Shown: piece by piece, positions 1 through 9,751 of the stretch | Layout of the letters: each line of letters starts with the position of its first letter | How positions within the stretch are numbered: the first letter of the stretch is position 1 | Made by a program: the position numbers and the translations under genes | The notes under the pieces: model-generated | The model's input: the letters and a program-made list of their open reading frames with translations, nothing else | Databases searched by the model: none | What the model was told of the DNA's origin: nothing | Origin: Candidatus Falkowbacteria bacterium | GTDB taxonomy: Bacteria; Patescibacteriota; Patescibacteriia; UBA11705; JABHMO01 | Direction: 5' to 3' | DNA length: 64,000 nucleotides | Assembly (NCBI GenBank): GCA_018693855.1 | Contig: JABHMO010000043.1 | Location: forward strand, 72,154-136,153

Positions 1-1
1 G

Positions 2-1048
2 GAAATAGTGACAGAAGCACATCTAAGTACACCAAGTGAAGCAAAAATTTTCGGACAAGAGATTCAGTTAATAATGAAACATCTGGAAGTCTCACATGCA
101 AACATGGAAAAAGGAGAGCTTCGATGTGATGCAAATATTTCATTACGTCCGGTTGGTGATATCAATTTATACACAAAGACTGAAATAAAAAATATTAACT
201 CTTTTCGAGCATTAGAAAGAGCTCTTCAGTTTGAAATAGAAAGACAGACAGTGCTTTGGCATAATAATATGGCACCGAAACAGCAAGAGACTCGTGGTTG
301 GGATGAAGGCAAGCAGGAAACGTATTCACAAAGAGTAAAAGAAGAAGAACATGATTATAGATATTTTCCAGAACCAGATTTACCACCACTTGAGATAAGT
401 GATGAGCAAATTAAAGAGATAAAAAGTCTTCAACATGAACTACCTCAAGCAAAAAGACGTAGATTCATGGAAATGTACAGTTTCACTGGAGAAGAAGCCA
501 AGATTTTAACAGAAAATAAAAAATTATCATTCTATACTGAACAAATCATTTCAGAACTAAAAGACTGGTTAAATACAATTGCCAAAGAAGAAGGGACTGA
601 AGAAGAAATTTGGGAAAAGAATAAAAAGAAACTTGTTAAACTAGTTTCAAATTGGTTAATCAACAAATTCATCCCGATAATCACCGAAAAGAAAATTTCA
701 TTCAAAAATAACAAAGTAACAGCTGAAAATTTCGCAGAGTTCATAACACTTGTCTACACAAGTAAAATCAACAGCGCAGCTGCCCAAATAATTCTTGAAG
801 AGATGATCAAAACAGGAGCTGATCCGTCTCATGTAATGGACGATAAAGACCTAAGCCAAATGGACAGTTCAAGTGACTTAATCGATATTGTAAAAAAAGT
901 TATCGACAGCAATACAGACCAAGTTGAAGAGTATAAATCAGGTAAAGAACCTGTAATTAAATTCCTTGTTGGACAAGTCATGAAAGAATCAAAAGGGAAA
1001 GCTAACCCGCAAAAAGCAGAGGAACTATTAAAGCAAAATATAAAATAG
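2..1048 (+). CDS. gatB: Asp/Glu-tRNA(Asn/Gln) amidotransferase subunit B, 5'-truncated by the window edge
   Basis: EIVTE..., LRCDANIS, TEIKNINSFR, DYRYFPEPDLPP, C-terminal FLVGQVMK..GKANP. Confidence 0.97.
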   Translation, partial: EIVTEAHLSTPSEAKIFGQEIQLIMKHLEVSHANMEKGELRCDANISLRPVGDINLYTKTEIKNINSFRALERALQFEIERQTVLWHNNMAPKQQETRGWDEGKQETYSQRVKEEEHDYRYFPEPDLPPLEISDEQIKEIKSLQHELPQAKRRRFMEMYSFTGEEAKILTENKKLSFYTEQIISELKDWLNTIAKEEGTEEEIWEKNKKKLVKLVSNWLINKFIPIITEKKISFKNNKVTAENFAEFITLVYTSKINSAAAQIILEEMIKTGADPSHVMDDKDLSQMDSSSDLIDIVKKVIDSNTDQVEEYKSGKEPVIKFLVGQVMKESKGKANPQKAEELLKQNIK

Positions 1049-1054
1049 AGTATC

Positions 1055-1086
1055 AAAAAACCGAGAATGGTCATTCTCGGTTTTTT
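1055..1086. repeat. REP-like palindrome, family A (CCGAGAATG-NN-CATTCTCGG); likely doubles as gatB terminator
   Basis: aaaaaaccgagaatg-gt-cattctcggtttttt; same core at 4294, 14573 and 14894. Confidence 0.8.
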
Positions 1087-1134
1087 ATCTTGCGCATAAA
1101 AATGCCTAATTTTAGTTAAAAATGCCCCCAAAAC

Positions 1135-1163
1135 TTGACAAATAATTTTTATTAATATATAAT
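1135..1163 (+). promoter_or_regulatory. Consensus sigma70 promoter
   Basis: TTGACA (1135-1140), 17-nt spacer, TATAAT (1158-1163). Confidence 0.8.
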
Positions 1164-1168
1164 TTGAG

Positions 1169-1273
1169 TACAAATTCACAAAAATGTGTTATATTACATC
1201 GACGGCGTGGGATACGTTTCCACAATCACCACGCCCCCCGGACTGCCCTCTTAGGCGGTCCGGTTTTCTTTTT
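1169..1273 (+). ncRNA. Candidate small structured RNA (~100 nt), family unknown
   Basis: Lies between a perfect promoter and a plus-strand intrinsic terminator; GC-rich stem ggcgtgg/ccacgcc; no convincing ORF. Confidence 0.5.
1238..1273 (+). terminator. Intrinsic terminator
   Basis: ccggactgcc-ctctta-ggcggtccgg followed by ttttcttttt; the G-U pair and U-tract work only on the plus strand. Confidence 0.75.
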
Positions 1274-2174
1274 ATTCATTTTTCAATATTTTATTCACTT
1301 GATTATAATTATCTATCCAACTAATTGTTCTATCCCTTTTAAACCAAGTCATCTGTCTCTTTGCATATCGCCTATTATCTCTTTGATTAAGTTCAATAGC
1401 ATCTTCCATACTAATCTCATCTTGCAAGTATTTTACCACATTTTTGTATCCAATTCCACTTAGAGCAGGTGATTTAGAATCTATTCCATTATCAAGCAAG
1501 TTCTTCACTTCCTCAACTAAACCTTCATCAAACTGTTCCTTGGCTCGTTTATCAAGCTTTTCGCACAGTTTTTCACGTTCAGTTTTCATTCCAAATTGGA
1601 CAAATTCATACTCTGACTCCCCTTTTTCAAAGGTCAGAGGCTCCCTTGTGCTTGAACAAATTTGGTATGCACGAAGCACTCTCCGAGAGTTAGTTGACTC
1701 AATTTTGTGTTCAATCTCCGGATCGATCTTTTTTATTTCTGATAATAAATATTCAATCCCTTTTGTTTTGAGTAGTTTCTCAGCTTTTTGTCTTAATTTA
1801 GGATCATATCCCTTGCCCAGCTGATAATTATTAACCAAAGCTGAGAGATATAAACCTGTTCCTCCAACAATGACAGGCAATTGATCAGGGTGATCTTTAA
1901 TACACTTTTTACAAGCCTTTAGCCAGTCATCAAGCGTAAATTCCTTATCCGGAGCAACTATGTTAACAAGACACTCTTCTATCCCCTTCCAGTAGTATTT
2001 TCCATTTTCAAGCTCAACTGGGTCCTTATTAGTCCCAATAGCCATTTTCTGATAGATCTGCCGTGAATCAGCCACAATCAAAAAACCATTAAAATCTTTA
2101 GCTATTTTATAAGCAATTTCAGATTTCCCTGAACCTGTCGGCCCAAGTACAATTATGACTTTCTTTTTATCCAT
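1272..2174 (-). CDS. miaA: tRNA dimethylallyltransferase
   Basis: GPTGSGKS, ADSRQIY, VGGTGLY, RRYAKRQMTWF. Confidence 0.97.
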   Translation of the reverse strand: MDKKKVIIVLGPTGSGKSEIAYKIAKDFNGFLIVADSRQIYQKMAIGTNKDPVELENGKYYWKGIEECLVNIVAPDKEFTLDDWLKACKKCIKDHPDQLPVIVGGTGLYLSALVNNYQLGKGYDPKLRQKAEKLLKTKGIEYLLSEIKKIDPEIEHKIESTNSRRVLRAYQICSSTREPLTFEKGESEYEFVQFGMKTEREKLCEKLDKRAKEQFDEGLVEEVKNLLDNGIDSKSPALSGIGYKNVVKYLQDEISMEDAIELNQRDNRRYAKRQMTWFKRDRTISWIDNYNQVNKILKNE

Positions 2175-2219
2175 ATATTTGATACCATGATTATAACGAT
2201 ATTTAACTAATTTTACAAT

Positions 2220-2792
2220 ATGAAAACTATTTATCTAATCCATGGTTGGGACGGGAGTCCTAAGGAACCAATGCATCAATGGATTAAAACTCAACTTGAA
2301 CAAAAAGGATACACAGTCATTATTCCGAAAATGCCAGATCCTGAAGTACCAAAAATTGAAACATGGATCCCCTTTTTAACAGAAATCATACTGAACTTAG
2401 ATGAAAACAGTTATTTAATTGGACATAGCGTTGGTTGCCAAGCTGTTTTGCGATTTATGGAAACCTTGCCAGAAGAAATTAAACTTTCTGGAGTAATTTT
2501 GATCGCACCATGGATGCATCTTGATGAACAAACTATTAAGGATGAGGGGGAAGAAATTGTTGAGATTGCAAAACCTTGGATGGAAACACCAATCGATTGG
2601 AAAAAAGTTAAATCTCATACAAATAACTTTACTTGTCTTCTCTCTGACAATGATCCATACGTTCCCCTTTCAAATAAAGAACTATTCGAAAAAAGTCTTA
2701 ATGCAAAAATTATAATAGAAAAAAACAAAGGTCATTATACAGAAGACGATTCAATCATTGAAAATCAAACTGTAATTGATCTTATTCGTTAA
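2220..2792 (+). CDS. RBBP9/YdeN-family alpha/beta serine hydrolase
   Basis: IHGW, GHSVG nucleophile motif, SDNDPYV, GH catalytic-triad pattern. Confidence 0.85.
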   Translation: MKTIYLIHGWDGSPKEPMHQWIKTQLEQKGYTVIIPKMPDPEVPKIETWIPFLTEIILNLDENSYLIGHSVGCQAVLRFMETLPEEIKLSGVILIAPWMHLDEQTIKDEGEEIVEIAKPWMETPIDWKKVKSHTNNFTCLLSDNDPYVPLSNKELFEKSLNAKIIIEKNKGHYTEDDSIIENQTVIDLIR

Positions 2793-2811
2793 TACTTCTA
2801 GCATTTTTCAT

Positions 2812-3918
2812 ATGAAACAAGCATTACAAGACCTAGTAAAACAAGCTGACATTCAAATTAATGGCGATCGACCTTGGGATATTCAAGTTAAAAATGAGGA
2901 CTTTTATAAACGAGTTCTGGCCGGTGGGTCTTTGGCTCTTGGAGAATCCTATATGGATGGTTGGTGGGAATGCGAAGCACTTGATCAGTTTATTGATCGA
3001 GTTTTAAGTATTGATTTGGATCAAAAAGTAAGGAATTCAAAAAGCTTACTTTGGAGTGTAGTAAAAGCAAAGCTTTTTAATCAACAAACAAGAACAAAAT
3101 CAAAAGTTGTTGGAGAAAAACATTATGATGTTGGTAATGATCTGTATCAACAAATGCTAGACAAAAACATGTGCTACAGTTGTGGGTATTGGAAAGAGGC
3201 TGACAACCTTGATGATGCACAGGAAGCAAAGCTTGATTTAATTTGCAAAAAATTAAAACTTAAACCAGGTATGACAGTTTTAGATATTGGTTGTGGCTGG
3301 GGCAGTTTTGCAAAATTCGCAGCAGAAAAATATCAAGTAAAAGTTGTTGGATTAACTATTTCAAAAGAACAAGCCAAACTAGCCAAAGAAAGATGTGAAG
3401 GACTTGATGTAGAAATTCGTCTCCAAGATTATAGAGATGTAAATGAAAAATTTGATAGAATTTTGTCAATTGGTATGTTTGAACATGTTGGATGTAAAAA
3501 TTACAGAGAATACTTCAAAACAGTTAACAGATGCCTTAAAGACAATGGATTAACGTTAATTCACACAATTGCAGGCAACAGATCAGTAACAGGAACTGAG
3601 CCTTGGATCGGTAAATATATTTTCGCAAATAGTATGCTCCCTTCAGCTGTTCAAATAACAAAAGCTTACGAGGGACTATTCAGACTTGAAGATTGGCACA
3701 ATTTTGGAACTTATTACGATACAACACTGATGGCATGGCACAAAAACTTCAATGACAACTGGGAAAAAATAAAAGACAACTACGATGAGCGTTTTTTCAG
3801 AATGTGGAACTACTATTTACTTTGCTGTGCAGGATCATTCCGATGTCACAAGAACCAACTCTGGCAGATCGTCTTTTCTAAGGTAAAATCAAAAAGCATC
3901 TATGAGAGCATTAGATAA
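2812..3918 (+). CDS. cfa: Cyclopropane fatty acyl phospholipid synthase (start moved to MKQAL)
   Basis: GSLALGESYMDGWW, HYDVGNDLY, LDIGCGWG, SIGMFEHVG, RMWNYYL. Confidence 0.95.
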   Translation: MKQALQDLVKQADIQINGDRPWDIQVKNEDFYKRVLAGGSLALGESYMDGWWECEALDQFIDRVLSIDLDQKVRNSKSLLWSVVKAKLFNQQTRTKSKVVGEKHYDVGNDLYQQMLDKNMCYSCGYWKEADNLDDAQEAKLDLICKKLKLKPGMTVLDIGCGWGSFAKFAAEKYQVKVVGLTISKEQAKLAKERCEGLDVEIRLQDYRDVNEKFDRILSIGMFEHVGCKNYREYFKTVNRCLKDNGLTLIHTIAGNRSVTGTEPWIGKYIFANSMLPSAVQITKAYEGLFRLEDWHNFGTYYDTTLMAWHKNFNDNWEKIKDNYDERFFRMWNYYLLCCAGSFRCHKNQLWQIVFSKVKSKSIYESIR

Positions 3919-3954
3919 TTATATATATCAATGACATCTAACACTTCTTTTTCT

Positions 3955-4293
3955 ATGAAAAAAACACTAACTTGGTTACCGAGAATTTTAACAATCATTT
4001 TCATCTGCTTCATCAGCATGTTTGCGCTAGATGCGTTTTCAGATCCAAACGGGTTTTGGTTAAATTTAGCAGGCTTTTTAATTCACTTAGTTCCAAGCTT
4101 TGCTTTAATTATCTGCCTAATTTTGGCATGGAAAAAACCGCTTATAGGCGGCATTATTTTTATATTTCTATCAGTTGTGTTCACTTTTGCATTCGACACT
4201 TATGAAGATGTAGTAACTTTGCTTATAATTTCATTCCCATTACTACTTGTAGGCATACTTTATCTTGTTGATTTTCACTTGCGTAAGAAATAA
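3955..4293 (+). CDS. Small 4-TM membrane protein
   Basis: Four hydrophobic segments; start placed at MKKTLTWLPR (alternative 3931). Confidence 0.75.
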   Translation: MKKTLTWLPRILTIIFICFISMFALDAFSDPNGFWLNLAGFLIHLVPSFALIICLILAWKKPLIGGIIFIFLSVVFTFAFDTYEDVVTLLIISFPLLLVGILYLVDFHLRKK

Positions 4294-4319
4294 CCGAGAA
4301 TGCGCATTCTCGGTTATTT
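4288..4319. repeat. REP-like palindrome, family A, spanning two convergent stop codons
   Basis: Perfect palindrome aaataaccgagaatgcgcattctcggttattt containing TAA (4291) and TTA (4314). Confidence 0.8.
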
Positions 4320-5588
4320 TTTAATAGTCCCTTTCAACACCCACTCTACCGCCTCTTTTACTTCTACGTCAATAAGATCACCTTCATTACAATCACAATC
4401 ATAAACACGAACTCTCTTCATCTCACGTGAATTGCCCTCACAAAATTCGGACGTTTTTTTATCTATTAAAACAGATACTGTTTTACCAATAAACTTCTTA
4501 CTTTTTTCAAGAGCAATCTTCATCATAACTGCGTGAAGTTCATGCCATCGACGTCGTTTCTCATCTTGAGAAACATCATCTTCAAGATTAGCAGAAGCTG
4601 TTCCACCTCTAGGTGAATAAGTTGCGTTAAATGAAATATCAAACTTAACTTTTTTATAAAATTTCAGAGTGTTTTCAAACATTTCTCTTGTTTCACCGGG
4701 AAAACCGAGCATAATGTCTGTACCTATTGCAATATTTGGATTAAATTTTCTTAACTTTTTTACAATACGAAAATAATCGCGCGCTGTATAGTTTCGATTC
4801 ATTGCTTTTAGAATATCATCATCACCACTTTGCAAAGGCAGATGTAAATAGTTCAATAATTTTGACAAACCTAAAGCATGCAAAACTTCATCACTCATAT
4901 CTTTTGGATGTGATGACGTAAAATGAATTCTTGATATATAATTAATTCGGTTAACTTCCCAAAGCAATTTCGCAAAATTATGATCATATGGATTGTCTTT
5001 TGCAAAATTTTCAACATCTACTGGATCATAAGAGTTTACATTTTGACCTAACAGTTGTATTTCTTTATAGCCCTTTTTTGCCAAAGCCTTAATTTCCGCT
5101 AAAACATCCTTCACTGTTCGACTAGTCTCTCTACCTCGGACATAAGGGACGGCACAGTATGAGCAATAATTATTACAGCCTGTCATAATTGGAACAAATG
5201 CTTGATAACTGTTTGAATATGATGGCAAAACATCAAAATAGTCTTCATTAACATATTCACTTTCATCATGTAAAAACTTCTCTAATTCAGAAAGATCTTT
5301 TATGTTGAAGATTAGATCAAACCGTTTTTTATACTTTTCTTTATCTTCAGGTAACACACAACCAGTCAATATTCGCTTAATTTGCGGTTTCTTTTCTAAT
5401 TCTTTAAGCAGCCCCAAAGCACGATCCATAGCAGTTTGTCTAACACTGCAAGCATTGATAACCACAAAATCAGCTTGTTCCATCTCATCAACAAGTGAAT
5501 ACTTTAAGTGTTCAAAAACAGACTTAATTCGCTCTGAATCAGACTTATTCATTTGGCAACCAAAGGTAATAATGTGGTATTTGCTCAT
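4314..5588 (-). CDS. miaB: tRNA-2-methylthio-N6-dimethylallyladenosine synthase
   Basis: TFGCQMN, radical SAM CNNYCSYC, LLGQNVNSY, FTSSHP, C-terminal TRAM-like domain. Confidence 0.93.
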   Translation of the reverse strand: MSKYHIITFGCQMNKSDSERIKSVFEHLKYSLVDEMEQADFVVINACSVRQTAMDRALGLLKELEKKPQIKRILTGCVLPEDKEKYKKRFDLIFNIKDLSELEKFLHDESEYVNEDYFDVLPSYSNSYQAFVPIMTGCNNYCSYCAVPYVRGRETSRTVKDVLAEIKALAKKGYKEIQLLGQNVNSYDPVDVENFAKDNPYDHNFAKLLWEVNRINYISRIHFTSSHPKDMSDEVLHALGLSKLLNYLHLPLQSGDDDILKAMNRNYTARDYFRIVKKLRKFNPNIAIGTDIMLGFPGETREMFENTLKFYKKVKFDISFNATYSPRGGTASANLEDDVSQDEKRRRWHELHAVMMKIALEKSKKFIGKTVSVLIDKKTSEFCEGNSREMKRVRVYDCDCNEGDLIDVEVKEAVEWVLKGTIKK

Positions 5589-5675
5589 AAGATGTAGCTA
5601 TTGCAATTTTATTTAATTTTACGTAAAATAGCATAACACATTAATAAAACAATATCAACAGACTACCACTTCATT

Positions 5676-6107
5676 ATGTACGAAAAAAGTGGTATAATTA
5701 TCAATATGTTAATTCACTTCTATAAAATTGTAAACAGTTTCAAGACAAATCCAGCAAAACGAGATAAACTAATCATTATTTCACTAATTTTGTCTGTAAT
5801 AATCAACCTTTTAATTTGGATTCTTATTTACACTAAATTAAAACCAGCCATCATACTGAGCGGAAAAGCGGAAGCTTTTATTCCCTTACACTACAACATT
5901 TACATGGGGATTGATTCATTTGGAAACTGGAAATGGATATTCTTATTACCAGTAATCGGATTATTGTTTACTTTTGCAAATGGCATTATTTCTTTCCTAC
6001 TTTATAACAAAAAAAAGATACTTAGTTACTTTCTATCGTTAACAATGCCTCTTATTCAAATTTTACTATTACTTTCGACTCTATTTATTGTTTTAATAAA
6101 TATTTAA
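5676..6107 (+). CDS. 3-TM membrane protein (IPLHYNIY.GID motif)
   Basis: Hydrophobic helices; abuts mraY; start could be 5706. Confidence 0.75.
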   Translation: MYEKSGIIINMLIHFYKIVNSFKTNPAKRDKLIIISLILSVIINLLIWILIYTKLKPAIILSGKAEAFIPLHYNIYMGIDSFGNWKWIFLLPVIGLLFTFANGIISFLLYNKKKILSYFLSLTMPLIQILLLLSTLFIVLINI

Positions 6108-6108
6108 T

Positions 6109-7158
6109 ATGGAAACAGCAATTATGTTTAAAATTGGACTTCTATCTATCATATCGTTTTTAGTTGCTTTTTTTGCAACTCCGTTATTAACTCATTTTTT
6201 ATTCAAAAAGAAATTCGGCAAGCAAATCAGAGACTCAAAATCAGCTCCAATTTTCGCAGCACTGCATAAACAGAAAGCTGGGACACCAACAATGGGTGGT
6301 ATTCTAATTTGGGGAACAGTATTAGTTATTTCCTTAATTTTCGCTGCCCTTGCATACTTTGCCCCTGACACATTCTTTGAGAAATTAAATTTCCTAACAA
6401 GAGAACAAACATTACTTCCATTAGGTGCTTTGATTTTCACAGCCATTATCGGACTTGTAGATGACTATCTAGGTGTCAGAAAAATTGGTCCAAAGGGTGG
6501 TGGGTTAAATGTTGGTTATAAATTAGTATTATATACATTAATAGCAGCGATTGGAGCAGTTTGGTTTTATTTCAAATTAGATTGGGACGTTTTTCACGTT
6601 CCCTTTATTGGCAATTTTGAAATAGGTCTTTGGTATATTCCTATTTTTATATTAGTTTTAGTCGCAACGTCATTTTCAGTTAACGAGATAGATGGACTAG
6701 ATGGACTAGCTGGTGGAACTGTGGCTGCAGTTTTAGCAGCTCAAGGAGCGATTGCCTTTACTCAAGGTAAATTTGAATTAGCTGCTTTTATCGGAGTTCT
6801 AATAGGTGCCTTGATCGCTTTTCTTTGGTTCAATATCAACCCAGCACGATTTTTCATGGGAGATACTGGTTCAATGAGCTTAGGTATAACAATCGGAATT
6901 ATTGCCATGTTAACGAACACTGCCCTACTATTACCAATCATTGGATTCATCTTTGTTATTGAATCGCTATCAGTGATAATTCAATTACTATCTAAAAAAT
7001 TCCGACATAAAAAAGTCTTTTTATCAGCACCAATCCATCATCATTTCCAAGCCAAAGGTTGGACAGAACCAAAAGTAGTAATGAGATTCTGGTTAATCAG
7101 CGCTGTCAGCGCCGTCGCTGGAGTAATTATCTTTTTGATGGACAAAGGCTGGTATTAA
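6109..7158 (+). CDS. mraY: Phospho-N-acetylmuramoyl-pentapeptide transferase
   Basis: KAGTPTMGG, DGLDGLA, FMGDTGS, APIHHHF. Confidence 0.97.
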   Translation: METAIMFKIGLLSIISFLVAFFATPLLTHFLFKKKFGKQIRDSKSAPIFAALHKQKAGTPTMGGILIWGTVLVISLIFAALAYFAPDTFFEKLNFLTREQTLLPLGALIFTAIIGLVDDYLGVRKIGPKGGGLNVGYKLVLYTLIAAIGAVWFYFKLDWDVFHVPFIGNFEIGLWYIPIFILVLVATSFSVNEIDGLDGLAGGTVAAVLAAQGAIAFTQGKFELAAFIGVLIGALIAFLWFNINPARFFMGDTGSMSLGITIGIIAMLTNTALLLPIIGFIFVIESLSVIIQLLSKKFRHKKVFLSAPIHHHFQAKGWTEPKVVMRFWLISAVSAVAGVIIFLMDKGWY

Positions 7159-7160
7159 GG

Positions 7161-7258
7161 GAACACAAAAATACAAATAAGTTACAAATTTACAAATGTG
7201 TTTGGATAGGGTCATCTAAGTACATTTGTAAATTTGTATGCAATTTGTAATTTGTATT
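7161..7258. repeat. Intercistronic imperfect palindrome built from TACAAAT/ATTTGTA units (family F)
   Basis: atacaaat..ttacaaatttacaaatg / catttgtaaatttgta..atttgtaatttgtat fills the mraY-murD spacer. Confidence 0.7.
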
Positions 7259-7260
7259 CT

Positions 7261-8583
7261 ATGAAGTTTCCTAATTATAAAAATAAAAAAGTACTTATAC
7301 TCGGTCTAGGTTTACTAGGGCGAGGAGTTAAGGATGCTATTTTTTTTGCTGAGAAGGGTGCTAGCGTTACAGTTACTGACTTAAAGTCAAAAGAAGAATT
7401 AACTGAATCACTTGAGAAGCTAAAACCATACGATATTAAATACACTCTAGGTGAGCATAAAAAAGAAGACATTATTGGATCTGACCTTATAATTCGAAAT
7501 GCAGCAGTACCAGCTGATTCAAAATTTTTAAAATTAGCACAAAAACATAAAATTCCTGTTGAGATGGACGAATCACTATTTGCAAAGTACTGCCCCTGCC
7601 CTATTATCGGAATCACTGGGACTCGCGGAAAAACAACTACAACAATTTTACTTGGAGAAGTTCTAAAAGAAAATATAAAAGATAAAAATATTTTAGTTGC
7701 TGGAAACCTTCAAGGTCAAGCGACCTTACCTCTAATTGATCAAGTAAAAAAAGACGATATCGTTATATTAGAACTATCAAGTTGGCAATTACAAGGATTT
7801 GAAAAAAATGAGATTTCTCCTCAGATAGCAATTTTCACAAACGTATATCCAGATCACTTAAACAGCTATAAAACAATAAAAGAGTATGTGGCTGATAAAA
7901 AGAATATTTATAAATTTCAAAAAAAATCAGATCATTGCATACTTAACAAAGAAAATGGCTATACAAATAAGTTAGAAAAAGAAGTTCCATCACAAATCAC
8001 TTGGTTTAGAAAAAAAGATGTTCCGAAAAAACTAAAAACTAAATTGCTAGGGAATCATAATCTAGAAAATATTGCAGCTACACTCGCAGTGACAAAAATT
8101 TTAGATATTCCAATAGAACAAGTAATAAAAAGCATTGAAAAGTTCAAAGGAGTTCCTCATCGACAAGAATTTGTAAAAAACATCAATGGAATTGATTTTA
8201 TTAATGATACTACAAGTACAACTCCAATTGCAGGTAAAAAAGCCTTAGATAGCATTACAACACCGATCATCTTAATTGCTGGTGGAGCAACGAAGAATTT
8301 GAATCTGAATCCATTTGCAAAAGCTATTACAAAAGAATGTAAAGCCGTTATCTTACTTGAAGGTACAGCCACTGACGAACTTGAAAGAAAAATTAGAAAA
8401 AATGGCGGGAAAGAACTTATCATTGATAGATTTGATGATTTTCAGGCAGCGATTGAAAAAGCTTATTCTCTAGCCTTACCAAATGACACAGTACTCCTGT
8501 CTCCAGGTGCAGCAAGCTTTGGTATATTTGCAAATGAGTTTGATAGAGGTGACCAGTTCAAAAGAATAGTTAATCAACTATGA
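7261..8583 (+). CDS. murD: UDP-N-acetylmuramoyl-L-alanine--D-glutamate ligase (start moved to MKFPN)
   Basis: GITGTRGKTTT, LELSSWQL, PDHL, FINDT, LLSPGAASF..F.NEFDRG. Confidence 0.95.
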   Translation: MKFPNYKNKKVLILGLGLLGRGVKDAIFFAEKGASVTVTDLKSKEELTESLEKLKPYDIKYTLGEHKKEDIIGSDLIIRNAAVPADSKFLKLAQKHKIPVEMDESLFAKYCPCPIIGITGTRGKTTTTILLGEVLKENIKDKNILVAGNLQGQATLPLIDQVKKDDIVILELSSWQLQGFEKNEISPQIAIFTNVYPDHLNSYKTIKEYVADKKNIYKFQKKSDHCILNKENGYTNKLEKEVPSQITWFRKKDVPKKLKTKLLGNHNLENIAATLAVTKILDIPIEQVIKSIEKFKGVPHRQEFVKNINGIDFINDTTSTTPIAGKKALDSITTPIILIAGGATKNLNLNPFAKAITKECKAVILLEGTATDELERKIRKNGGKELIIDRFDDFQAAIEKAYSLALPNDTVLLSPGAASFGIFANEFDRGDQFKRIVNQL

Positions 8584-9692
8584 GTAATCATCATAAACCT
8601 GATTATTTATTGATTATTGCTTTTGCCGCAATAATTCTTTTTGGACTGTTAATGCTCAGCAGTGCTGGCGCAGCCATTAGTTACCAACAGTTTGGAGACA
8701 GCTTTTATTTTGTAAAACATCAAATCTTACTTGGTTTAATTCCAGGTATTTTTTTATTGTTAATAATGGCAAAAATAAATTATCAGTTCTGGAAAAAGCT
8801 AACTATTCCCCTACTTGGAGCGTCAATATTTTTATTAATTCTTGTTTTCATACCTGGAGTGGGTGCTGAATTTGGAAGCGCCCGCAGTTGGGTTCACGTT
8901 GGAAATCTTTTCTCATTCCAACCAGCCGAGCTGGTAAAGATAACGTTCCTTCTTTATCTTGCCAACTGGTTAGAGAAAAGAGGCGCGACTGGAATAAAAG
9001 ACTTCTACTACGGATTTCTACCATTTTTATTTCTACTTGGAGTAATCTCCATTTTAATGATCAAACAACCTGACATGGGAACACTGTCAGTCATCATATT
9101 CATGAGTATGGCCGTGTTTTTTGCCTCTGGAGCGAAGATAAAACACGTAGCGATGATGGTTGGCGGAGGAGTAGCAGCTATTTACGCAATGATACTGTAC
9201 TCACCTTATCGTGCGGCTAGATTAACAACTTTCTTGCATCCAGAACTTGATCCTCAAGGGATTGGTTACCACATCAATCAAGCTTTTCTAGCAATTGGTT
9301 CAGGTGGATTTTGGGGAAGAGGATTTGGTCATAGTAGACAGAAATTTCAATACCTACCAGAAGCAATCGGTGACTCTATCTTCGCAATTATTGGAGAAGA
9401 GTTAGGATTCATCTTTTGCATTATAATTTTAGCACTGTTTATTTTCATCATGTACAGAGCAATCTTAGTCGCAAAAAGTTCAATTGATCAGTTCGGCAGA
9501 TTAGTTGTCATTGGAATTATCAGTTGGTTCACATTTCAAGCATTTTTCAACATTTCATCAATGATTGGTTTAACACCAATGACTGGAATTCCTTTACCTT
9601 TCATAAGTTATGGAGGAACAGCCCTTGCTGTGAACATGGCAGCAATTGGTATTTTGATTAATATTTCCAGACAAACAAAGAAGAGCAATTAA
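8580..9692 (+). CDS. ftsW: SEDS-family peptidoglycan polymerase FtsW
   Basis: FQPAELVK, QPDMGT, LPEAIGDSIFAIIGEE, GIPLPFISYGG. Confidence 0.93.
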   Translation: MSNHHKPDYLLIIAFAAIILFGLLMLSSAGAAISYQQFGDSFYFVKHQILLGLIPGIFLLLIMAKINYQFWKKLTIPLLGASIFLLILVFIPGVGAEFGSARSWVHVGNLFSFQPAELVKITFLLYLANWLEKRGATGIKDFYYGFLPFLFLLGVISILMIKQPDMGTLSVIIFMSMAVFFASGAKIKHVAMMVGGGVAAIYAMILYSPYRAARLTTFLHPELDPQGIGYHINQAFLAIGSGGFWGRGFGHSRQKFQYLPEAIGDSIFAIIGEELGFIFCIIILALFIFIMYRAILVAKSSIDQFGRLVVIGIISWFTFQAFFNISSMIGLTPMTGIPLPFISYGGTALAVNMAAIGILINISRQTKKSN

Positions 9693-9702
9693 TTATATAA
9701 AC

Positions 9703-9732
9703 AAAAAAGACTTCTAAGTGAAGTCCTTTTTT
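9703..9732. terminator. Bidirectional intrinsic terminator between ftsW and iscS
   Basis: aaaaaa-gacttc-taagt-gaagtc-c-tttttt. Confidence 0.65.
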
Positions 9733-9751
9733 ATTACATTGATATATTTAT

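Noticed and set aside
1204..1240. tRNA-like acceptor stem ggcgtgg/ccacgcc
   Set aside because: Only 18 nt between the arms; no D, anticodon or T arms
1164..1463. 99-aa plus-strand ORF downstream of the perfect promoter
   Set aside because: TTG start lies before the likely transcription start, the frame crosses a strong terminator and overlaps miaA antisense
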